DNA from: the human T2T-CHM13v2.0 reference genome, Homo sapiens
Length of the DNA stretch: 64,000 nt
Strand: one strand, 5' to 3'
Assembly: GCF_009914755.1 (NCBI RefSeq)
Contig: NC_060935.1
The notes beneath the pieces are model-generated. The model saw nothing but the letters and a program-made list of their open reading frames with translations. It ran no database searches and had not been told where the DNA came from. Shown here piece by piece: positions 49,955 to 64,000 of the stretch (within the stretch, counting starts at the first letter, position 1; the number at the start of each line of letters is the position of its first letter). Position numbers and translations under genes: made by a program.

Positions 49955-50387
49955 TAAACAGAACATTTTAAAGCTAGAGATGGTTGACCCCTGCCCTTGA
50001 GCTACAAAATAACCCAGCTAGTGAATGACTTCTGAGCCTTAAAGAAAGTAATTGCAGTGGTCTTCAAGATAGCTCTGGACCCAAAACTATCAACATTAGG
50101 AGAGACAGTTGGGGAACTCAGCAGTTTTAACAAGTCTTGGGATTCCTTAATGCCTTCCCTGCTTGGATGTCACCCAAGAACATGGCACTACTGTTGTAGT
50201 GATGCATGGGGCCATGGCAAGATATGTAAAGTGCCTGCACAGCTATCCACACACGCTTTGTTGGCTTGGAGGCTCGTCGGTCTTAAGTCTCTTCATGATT
50301 TTGACTGTTTCGTTGCTATAAAGTTAGAGTAAACTTTTTCAAGAAGAATGATAGAAGAAACACTTCTAAAATATCTTAGTAATTCAT

Positions 50388-50651
50388 GGACAGAAAACCA
50401 AACGCCGCATGTTCTCACTCATAGGTGGGAATTGAACAATGAGAACACTTGGACACAGGGTGGGGAACACCACACACCAGGGCCTGTCGTGGGGTGGGGG
50501 TGGGGGGAGGGATAGCATTAGGAGATACACCTAATGTAAATTATGAGTTAATGGGTGCAGCACACCAACATGGCACATGTATACATATGTAACAAACCTA
50601 CAGGTTGTGCACACGTACCCTAGAACTTAAAGTATAATAATAAAAAAAACA
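50388..50651 (+). mobile_element. 5'-truncated young L1PA (about PA4-PA5) 3' end, 264 bp
   Basis: catgttctcactcataggtgggaattgaacaatgag...gaacttaaagtataataa; TSD cttagtaattcat (50375-50387 and 50652-50664). Confidence 0.93.
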
Positions 50652-52534
50652 CTTAGTAATTCATTTGACCTTTCCAATAAAGTTTTCATCTATTGTCTCA
50701 CCATCCTGGTTAATGTGGAGCTGTTCACATTGTTAGTTCTACAGTGTAGCTAAATGCAGACAAAAATGTTGCCACTTAGTTGTAATTAAAATGAAGATAA
50801 TAGATAACAAAGGAGGCAATTAATTATAGCATAGTCATTTTATGGAATATTATGCATTCAAGAAAAATCAGTATCACGTCCTCAAGGCAGCATGGAAAAG
50901 CTCATGATAAAAAGATAAAGCAATATAAGGTTACACTGATTAAAAGAAAAAGCCTACACATGCTAAAATGCTGAAAGAAAAAAGTGTCAGTGATTGGATT
51001 ATAAGTGGCTTTTTCCTCTAAACTTTCTGTAATGTTGTATAACTTTTGTAAGTTTTTAAAATATATTCTTAAACAAAACTGAGTAGCTGAAATCATTTTG
51101 CAAAGTGTTGATATAAGAAATGAACCCACCAGGCCACCGCATCAGCTTAGATGGAATGTGGAAGCCCAAGAATTCTGCACTCTGGCAAAACGCAACCCTC
51201 CATCTCTGCCGACAATCCCAGGTTGGAAAACATTGTTTGGAGACCATCAGGACTAATTTCATGATACCCTTTATTCCTATTAATGCCAATCACTCCAAGA
51301 AGCCCAGGTCTCACAGTTCATTCTGCATCCTCCATTTCTAATCTTCATGCAGTGCCAATATATCCCCATTTTCTAAATAAAATCCTGAGATCACTGCCAA
51401 GATCACTGCTTCCCCTGAAGCCTTCTAAAATGGGAGCTATCTTCTCGCACACCACTCATCGCCCTAGACTTGGCTGTAAGGTGGGAGACTTCTTGTTTTT
51501 GGTTGCCAATCATAGACCATTCTCCTTACTTCTACTGCTTTTACATCTTTAATCACCTGTCATCAAGACTGTTAACACCAACCACCTAACCTTGTCAGCA
51601 TCATCACACCACCCCCAGGTCACTCACCTCATTCCTGTTTTCTTTCCATTGTTTTGCCTTTAATTTATATACAATAAATTGCACACATTTTAATTGCATA
51701 CTATGATGAGTTTTGGCAAATGTATACGCCCTTGCAACTGTCACGTCTCTCACCTCCTTAAAAATGTTAGCCCCTAACTCACTGCCCACACTGCTCCTGC
51801 CTAATCAGAGTCAGTATCATCACATGGATGATCCTTTATTCCCTGACCTTTTGGTTCATTGGCCTCCTCCAGTGATCTTGCCTCCACCTGACCTCAGCTA
51901 CTCACCCCTATGGTCATCCTCTAGAATTGGCCATAACCCAGAACTCCAACGCCAGCTGGATCTTAATTTTAAGTATCATTCTCACTACCTACTTTTTCAG
52001 CTCGCTCTCTTTAGTATCACAAAGCTTCGGGTACTGAGGCTGAGGCCAGCCACTGTCCTTGTGCCTCACACCCCACTCCCTTAATTACTCAGATGTTTTG
52101 TCAGCATTTCTCCCCTTTCCCCTGCATCATCACCGTTTCCCTCCACTGCTCCCCAATTAGCATACAAATAGGCTACAGTTTCTCCTATCTTGACTCCACT
52201 TCTTTCCTGCTACTGCCACATTTCTAGTTTTCCCTTTACACTGAAAACCCTCAAAGAGTTGTCTGTGTTTACTGTTTTCTCTATTTCCATTGTTTCACCT
52301 ATGATTTATATACAATAAGTTGCACACATTTTAATTGCATGAGTTTTGACAAATGTATACACCCTTGCAACCATCACCTCTATTAATATTTAGAACACTT
52401 CCTTCACACCAAAAAGTTTCCTTATTCAGCCTTGCTGCCAACATTTGTCCTCCCGTTCCTCCCCAGGCAAACACTAATCTGATTTCTATCGATGATAAAT
52501 ATGTTTTGCCTGTCTTAGAACTGCATCTAAATGG

Positions 52535-53248
52535 TGTCTGGGTCCATTTGTGCAGCTATAACAATACCACAGACTGGGTAATTTATAAAGAACAAATTCA
52601 TCTTTCTTACAGTTTTGGAGTCTAGGAAGTCTGAGATCAAGGCACCAGCAGGTTTGGTTGTCTGGTGAGGGCTGCTCTCTGCTTCCATAATGGCACCTTG
52701 TTGTTGCATCCTCCTGAGGAACACTGTGTCCTCACACAGCAGAAGGGCAGCTGGGCACAGTGGCTCACTCCTATAATCCCAGAACTTTGGGGAGGCTGAG
52801 GCAGGAGGATCGCTTGAGCCCAGGAGTTCAAGACCAGCCCGGGCAACAAAGTGTGACCTCCCCCCCCCGCCGCCCTCCCGCTCTCTACAAAAAGAAAAAA
52901 AAATTAGCCAGGCATGGTGGCACACACCTGTGGTCCCAGCTACATGGGAAGCTGAGGCAGGAGGATGTGTTGAGCACAGTAGGTCAAGATTACATTGAGC
53001 CATGTTTGTGCCACAGCACTCCAGCCTGGGTGACAGAGTGGGACCCTATCTCAAAAGAAAAAAGAAGGCAGAAGGGCAAGAGGGCCACAAGGTGTCTGAA
53101 GCCCCTTTTATAAGGGCCTTAATCCAATTCAAGAGGGAGCAGCCTTCGTTGCCTAATCACTTCTTAAAGGCCCCACCTCTTATTACCATCTCATTGGCCA
53201 TTAAGTTTCAACACCTGAGTTTTTGAGCGGTCCCATACAAACCACAGC
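52535..53248 (-). mobile_element. MST/MLT1A-type MaLR LTR inside an L1M fragment, interrupted by an AluJ (52750-53063)
   Basis: cagactgggtaatttataaag...aggccccacctctt...aaaccacagca; Alu TSD gcagaagggca. Confidence 0.8.
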
Positions 53249-53646
53249 AAATCGAATCATGCAGTGTATACTCTTGTTTCCAGCTTCATTCAGCATGTTT
53301 TTTGAGATTCACCATGTTATGTTTCAGTAGCCCATTCCCTTCTGTTACTCAATATTATTCTGTTATAAAAGGGATACCACTGATTTGTTTATCCATTCAC
53401 CTGCTGGTGAACATGTGGGCTGTTTCCAGGTTTTGGCTGTTATGAATTAAGCTGCTATGAGCATTTGTGTACAAATCTTTCTTGAGCCCAACCTCACCAG
53501 GCCTTTACCTCCACCACCCCATTCAAACTACTCTTTTCAAGCTCACCAGTGAACTATGTTAATTCCAGTGACCAATTCTCAGCCCTAATTTTACTTGACT
53601 TACCAGCAGTATTTGATTCACTTCCTTCTTGAAACACTTTCCTTGC

Positions 53647-53964
53647 TGTTATGGATTGAATGTTTATATTCTTCCAAAATTCACTCAGGCATACCTCAGA
53701 GATACTGCAGGTTCAGTTCCAAACCACCACAGTAAAGCAAGTCACACACATTTTTTAGTTTCCCAGCGCATGTAAAAGTTATGTTCACACTATACCATTA
53801 AGTGTATGATAATTTGCATTATGTCTAAAAAAAGTACAGATCTTAACTTAAAATTACTTTATTGCTAAAAAATGCTGACATAGAGATACGAAGTAAGCAC
53901 ATGCTGTTGGAAAAATGGCACCAATAGACTTGCTCAATGCAGAGTTGCCACGAGCTCTCAATTC

Positions 53965-54021
<57 letters not shown>

Positions 54022-54384
54022 GTATCTTTGGAGTGCAATAAAGTGAAGCACAACACAACGAGGTATGCCTGTATGTTGAAATCCTCACCCTCAATGTGAT
54101 GGTATTAGGAGGGGGACGGCCTTTGAGAAGCAATTAGGCCCGAAAGGTTGCACCCTCATGAATGAGATTAGTGTCCTTAAAGAGCTCTCTTGCCCTCTTG
54201 CTGCCAAGTGAAGATACAATGAGAAGTCAGTGGTCTACAACCTGAAAGAGGGCCCTAACCAGAACCCAACCATGCTGGCATCCTGATCTTGTACTTTCAG
54301 CCTCTAGATGGTGAGAAATAAATTTCTGTTGCTTATAAGCCACCCAGTGTAGAGTACTTTGTTGCAACAGCCTGAACTAAGACA
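53647..54384 (+). mobile_element. MLT1A/MST-type LTR interrupted by Tigger1
   Basis: tgttatggattgaatg...gaactaagaca; TSD cttg(c/a). Confidence 0.8.
53686..54071. mobile_element. Internally deleted Tigger1 with both TIRs, containing (GT)6(AT)21
   Basis: caggcatacctc ... gaggtatgcctg perfect 12-bp TIR, followed by TA; microsatellite at 53965-54018. Confidence 0.88.
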
Positions 54385-54918
54385 CTTGACTTCCCCTGCT
54401 CTCCTCCCTCCTCCTTGGCCACTCTTCAGTTTCCCTTGTTCTTCCTCATCTCCTCACCTTTAACATGTTGGCATCTTAGTCCTGGGATCTCTTTCCTGTC
54501 CCTCCCTTGGGGATTTCATCCAGTCTTGCGGCTTTAAATACCTAGATACTGATGACTTCTAGAGGTATTTGTCTACCCATCTATCTTCCAGGGCAGTCTT
54601 CTATGTATAACTGTGTACATGGCATCTCTCCTTGGATGTCTAAAGGGCATCTCAAACTTTGTATAGTCAAAGCCAGATTTCCAATCTTCCCCCAAACCCT
54701 GTCCCTGCTGTCTTCCTCCATATCACTGAATGGACTCCAACTTTCAGTAGCTGAGGCCAGAAATCGTAAAGTCATCCTTGACTTCTTTCTCTCACACCAT
54801 ATCCAAACTGGTTAACAAGTCTAGGATCTACCTTCAAAATTCATCCAGAACCAGAGTATTTCCCACTACCTATACTAGTGCCACCCTGGTCCAAACCATC
54901 ATTGTCTTCCACCTAGAT

Positions 54919-57506
<2,588 letters not shown>

Positions 57507-58785
57507 ACCTAGATTATTACAAGACCCTCCTAATTGGTCTTTCTACTTCTGACTTACCCCACCATAGCCTCAATCAGACAAAGTAATTCTCTCAAAATAT
57601 AAATCAGATTGTTATTCCTTTACTCAAACACTCCCAGAAGCTTCTCATCTCACTCAGAATAAAGACTCAAGTCCTGACATTTGCCTACAAAAACCCTGCA
57701 CCTCACGTCCCATTACATACATCTCTGAAACGTGTCCGGGGACCACTTCTTTCACTGACTCAGCTCCAGCCACACTGACCTTCCTCTCCTTCCACTCTGC
57801 TCACAAGCTGTTCCTTCTGCCTGACAACCTCTTCCTCCAGAGAGCCACATAATTCACTCTTTGCCTTTTTCAGATCTGCCTTCAAAAATCACTTTCTCAA
57901 CGAGGTTTCTCCAACCTGCCAATTAAAAGTTGCAAAACTCACACTCAACATTTCCAAACCCCATTCCTCTTTTATTTTTCTCACAGCATATATTGCCATC
58001 TAATATACTCTATATTTTACCAATTTCATATTTTTTATTTTATTATAAGCTCCAGAAGGACAGGGATTTTCATCTGTTTTATTAACTACTGTATAGTGCA
58101 CTGGGACAAAATAGGAACTTCAGTAAATACATGTTGGATAAATGAATGAATACAGCATCTATTGGCCAGTAATCTAGACTGGTACCTTACGTAATTAACC
58201 AATGATACTCTGGCAGTTATCTTCTTCATTTGTTTTATTGTCTATAAATTACTTTGGCCTTTCTGAATTAGGAAACCTTTTGTATATCATTAGTATATAT
58301 TTAAATATTTCTTTTCTCTCAACCACTGTGATGTATTAAAATTTCAAAGCCTTAGACCACAGGATGGTCTGAGCCCACAGAAAAACTCTGGGTTTGCATA
58401 TGAATGGGTCATTTAGTTAATATGTACACATTTAAATAGTTTTGAACTGACTTGCATGTTGATCCTTTTTGAAACGTAGATAATCTGGTAATATTAGAAT
58501 TTTCAAAGGCTAACCCTGTTGTATTGGTAAGTGTGTGAAAACTGCTTGTATAGATACAGTTAAAGCTTCCCTTAAAAGGTCAATATAAATTCTAACACAC
58601 TTTAATATTGTTTACTTATGAATTAGCAGGTAAGGAAACGAGGACAAAATTATGAATGGCACCAAATATCTCTTCAACACATGGCCACATAAACTACGAA
58701 TATTAATAATTAGGATATTTTAATGAGGAATCTTGATCAGATAACTTTTTAAAGCCTTATCGAGTTGTATAAAAATAATGACAGT

Positions 58786-59134
<349 letters not shown>

Positions 59135-60425
59135 CTATCTCAAAGGTTTCTGAAGGAACAAAATCTTTCGTGTGGTGAGTGTCTCCAGGATGTTTTCTGA
59201 AAGTAAACAGCACATTTTTCCCCTCTTTGGAACTGAAGCTAAGGCCACATTAACATGAATGGAGCTCCAGGTCTTTGTTTCATTAGTGTGGGTGTCTCCA
59301 ATGAGCCTCCTACTGTGAACCCTAATAGGATTTCCCTGCTTACACCTTTGTTTGCCCTGGCTCCTCATGCTGCTCTGTGATGTTTGGTTTAATGAGACAA
59401 CTCCTGTGATCCAGAAAGAAAAATAAAAGGAGGATCCTGTCTTTTCCTTAAACAGACAAAGGTGTGACTGAGGGAATTCAAGATTCTACTGTTTCCTGGC
59501 ACTTTATGTTATCAACATGTGATGGCAATCCTGAACACACTGAGCCATCCCAGTAACCATTTAATCTCAAAAAGTCAGCCGCGGACTGGCAGATTGCATC
59601 TCACAGAAGTCCATTTAGCCTTAATAACGTGGAAAGACAGAAGACTTGAGTTGGAGGGGCAAGGAGTGGGTGAGGAAGGCAGAACAGAGAGTAGGAGCTC
59701 TAAAGTGTTTCTTCTGAAGTGAGAACTTGAAATGTAACCTAGTATGGGTGCAATCAAAGTACATACATAAAATAGGTAAAGTAACTATGGAAATAAGAAC
59801 AGTAATAGATACAGTAACAGTAACAAAGTAGTAATAGGAAGGTTAGGGTAGCCTAAATAAACTGAATCCTCTCTATCATAGAGAAAGGTAATCATAGATA
59901 ATGTCTAAAGTGGATACATAAAAACATGGAGACATAAACGTAATATTTAGGGATGTAACAGTAACTACAAGAGCAATTTAAAACAGAAACTGTTGTAGCA
60001 AGTGAAAAGAGGTTGGTTCTGGGTAGGAGGACTGGGTTCAAACTGCATTGAGGCAAGGAAATCTTTTTATGATGATGATGGTCTCTTGTCTTCTTTGATT
60101 GTATAACAAAGTATATACATATATTGCCTAGATAATAAAAATAAAATATTTTAAATGGAACCAAAACTAATTTGGTGGTCTGACCTGTTTGTTAGTGGAG
60201 TTGGGGCTGGATAGAGAGGTGAAATCCACTCTGGCATGTCAGACTCAACAGTTTGATACAAAGTATCAGCTTTTGCTGTTGGCCTTATTCAGGCATGAAA
60301 GGGGAACAAGAGGATTTCCAGGGGCTTCCAGTGGTCCTGGTGTCTTGGCCTTGCCGTGAAGATTTGGGTACAAGACAGGTGAGAGCTCAGGATAGTAAAG
60401 AGCATTCCAAAGTGAGTTTTCATAA

Positions 60426-60742
<317 letters not shown>

Positions 60743-60974
60743 CTGAGTTATTTTCATATCCTGTAGATGGCCTAGAGAAATGGTCCTATCCTTCTCGAGT
60801 TACCTTAGAGAATTAAAGACACAAAGTAGCTCTGGGTCACAGAGGGACCCTTCTGTGCCTTGGCCCTGTAACAAACCAGTCATGCTTCGGAGAGAGAAAA
60901 CTTGACTTTGTCCTTGCTGCTTCTGGGGTTGGAGGAGAAATGTAACTCTTCATTGGTTAGTCCAGAAATCTCTT

Positions 60975-61165
60975 TTCTACTGGTGGCTTTCACCACTTGT
61001 TCCCAAGTGTAGGTCTGTGGTCCATCTGCAATAAGTCCCAGGGAGCTTTATTTAAAGGACATATCTCTGGGCACCATCCATGGGGATCCTAATGCTGTAG
61101 GTCTTGAGTGGCGTTGAGGAATCCATAGTGATTCTGATGTGCCCCAGGTGTGGGAGCCACTGCTC
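60975..61165. mobile_element. MER5-type hAT MITE
   Basis: gtgattctgatgtg...gggagccactg end motif. Confidence 0.55.
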
Positions 61166-61329
61166 GAATCCAGTCTAGCTTATGTAGTCCTTACAACCAT
61201 CTTCAGAAATAGAAGACCAAAGTTCAAAAACGAATCGCTTTCCCCAAATCACACTTAAAGTCCATATTTTAAGCATATGTGTCTGCACTGGTAAATGTCT
61301 AACATCCAGTTCTCTAAAAACAGACCTCC

Positions 61330-61710
61330 CTTCCCTCAAATGGGCCCTGATTTGGAGCCTTTGCCAAATTTTGTGGTGTAAATACTTTTATGTTGGATGA
61401 TTTCAGGCTGCCAACAGGACATTACTGTATGTGGAATTGTCAAGAGATGCTTGAGGACACACAAATATTTCCACCGTATAGATACACTAGACATAAATAA
61501 CCTTAAGAGCATAGATTATATTAAACTGTGGTGAAATAATTAAGAAATAATACATATTGCATATTCATTGCCTTTGTAATATTATGTATTTAACTAAGAT
61601 TATATAATAAAAATTTTAATAATGCCTGAATTTGACAACCAGCTCTCAGACTTTCAGAAAACTTGATAATTGGCCCTCATGAGCTGATGCAAGGCAGCTC
61701 CAGCAGGGCC
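61330..61710. mobile_element. MER63-like hAT fragment
   Basis: ttgacaaccagctctc...gaaaacttgataattgg...gcagctccagca resembles the MER63 end. Confidence 0.5.
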
Positions 61711-62004
61711 TGTGTGTCTGACTCCAAAGCCCTCGATACCAGTGTTTAATAACATGTGGTCTGTGGAATACTGGTTCTTTAAAATCTTTCCTGAAACCAG
61801 ATTTTAAAGAGTTAAATATGTTTGGGAAATGATGCATCGTTAATTTGCTTCCTTAAAATCTACCATTTAGATGGACATACCATAGGCCTTAAGAAGTGCT
61901 GAGGTAATGAGACCTGTTAATTTCAACCCAATGTTGCCTTTTTCATGCAATAGCATTCAGCATCCTGCAGGATCATGTGTTTGTGGTTTTGTTTGTTTGT
62001 TTAT

Positions 62005-62022
62005 ATTTCTTTTCTTTTTCTT

Positions 62023-62055
<33 letters not shown>

Positions 62056-62327
62056 AGACAGGGCCTGGTTCTGTCCTCTAGGCTGGAGTGCAGTAGCATG
62101 ATCTCAGCTCACTGCAACCCCTGCTCAAGCGATCCACCTGCCTCAGCCTCTGGAGTAGCTGGGACTACAGGAACGTACCATCATGCCCCTCTAATATTTT
62201 CATTTTTTGTAGAGATGGGGTCTTGCTATGTTGCCCAGGTTGATCTCAAACTCCTGGGCTCAAGTGATCCTCCTGCTATGGCCTCCCAAAGTGCTGGGAT
62301 TATAGGCATGAGCCACTGCACTCAGCC
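62005..62327 (-). mobile_element. AluJ
   Basis: Reverse dimer with a T-rich tail. Confidence 0.92.
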
Positions 62328-62384
62328 ATCAGTGTGTTTTAGAATGCACTTTGGGAAATGCGGTGCATTTGGGGAAGTCCTAGT

Positions 62385-62640
62385 AAAGTAATTAAAGCAC
62401 TGACTCTGGAGCCAGACCACCTGTGTCTAAATCCCGACTCCATCATTTACTAGTTGTGGGTCCTTGGGCAAATATACTCTTCCTGTCTCAGTTTCCTTTG
62501 AGCTATAAAACAGGAATAATAATAATAATGCCTATTTCATATGGTTGCTGCAAGGATTAAATGAGTTTATATATGTGTAAAGTACTTAACACAATCCTAA
62601 GCACCTAAACAATGTTATATGAGTACAAGCTATTATTGTT
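62385..62640 (+). mobile_element. MIR
   Basis: gactctggagccagac...ccttgggcaa...tctcagtttcc...ggattaaatgag. Confidence 0.85.
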
Positions 62641-63396
62641 GTTGTTATTATTCTTACACTATTCAGCTTCCAGCCCAATCATTCCAGTCTCCCAGACTCT
62701 CAGATTTCCTATCAAGCTATACCAAAGAAGGCAACATGATGGCAAGGATGGGGCTGTTGACATTCCTTCCTGAGTTCAAAGCATTTATAGCCACACTAGA
62801 AAGATTTGGAGTTTGCCATTTTCTTTCCAGAACTTGCCAACTGGGACTGTGATTTTAGATGTGCATACATTTAAATAAAGACTTCTTTAAATAGAAACCA
62901 TTTAGACGTCCCATGGCATTGGTTATAGAGAAATTTTCCCTTGGCATGAAGAAAATAACAGGCCTTTTCCTTCTGAGTCAGCATCATTGGAAGTAGGAAT
63001 TGTCACCCTTCACGGAAGACTGGCCCAGGTTCTGACCTTCCCTAGTTGTCTCATGTCCATGGCTTTTTCCCAGTCAGATGAAGGGCATGAGCCCCTCCAA
63101 TGCCTTGTCTTCTTGCCAACTTAGCTAATTGCATTCTGCCTTAGGAAAGGGGATGAGAGTGACACCTCAGAACAGATTTCCACAAGACTTGGGTTAAGAG
63201 AAGCTAGCAGTGACCTCATCCTAGTTTTGTGAAAATATGATTTTATTTGAAAAAAAGTGATTTAGGTAAAAGGCTTAAAGAAGTCATTTACAAAAAGAAA
63301 TATAAAAGGCCAAGAAAGATACAAATATTTCTAACCTCACTTATAATCAATAAAATGTAATAAGAATCTAAATATGTTTCTTGTATTAGGATGGGC

Positions 63397-63730
<334 letters not shown>

Positions 63731-64000
63731 AAAGGATGGGCAAGGGGATTTTTGCTGATTTTGTTTTGTTTTGTTTTTTTGACTGACAAAACCTGTAGTG
63801 GAGAAAGTGTGATGAAACTAGGACCCTCTTGCATTATTACTAGGACTACACAATCTTTTTGGAACATTCTTAGATAATATGCAGTATTTGAAATGCATAT
63901 GCCCTTTAATACAGCAATTTGACTTAAAGATAATTGGACACGTAAACAAAAACGTAAGTTCAAAGAAGTTTAAAACTGTCTACGTGGTAGGTTGAATTGT

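Noticed and set aside
50490-50512. G-quadruplex-like run ggggtgggggtggggggaggg
   Set aside because: A standard feature of the L1PA 3'UTR, not specific to this locus.

Overview
Primate (very probably human) genomic DNA. It holds the 3' end of PRMT3 (protein arginine methyltransferase 3) on the + strand. Four coding exons (1093-1179, 30532-30582, 30780-30867, 44912-45021) splice in frame to [29 protein letters not shown]|AIAGYFDIYFEKNCHNR|[29 protein letters not shown]|[36 protein letters not shown], which includes the PRMT THW loop. A ~0.9 kb 3'UTR follows, then ~18 kb of intergenic DNA. The rest is two long introns (29.4 kb and 14 kb) and flank, packed with Alu, L1, L2, MIR, LTR and DNA-transposon fossils; several are nested and still have readable target-site duplications (TSDs). 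None of the long ORFs in the supplied track is a real gene. I do not see a new gene system. The best second-look items are: (1) a 73-bp, 72/73-identical inverted repeat with a nested fold-back hairpin inside an ancient L1 (23.1/24.2 kb); (2) an inverted Alu pair that brackets the two small PRMT3 exons; (3) a three-level Tigger>L1>LTR10 nest with a p53-like site; (4) a locally templated insertion at 51.6 kb; (5) repeat-free intronic blocks that may be enhancers. Repeat subfamily calls come from remembered consensus sequences, and their boundaries are approximate.
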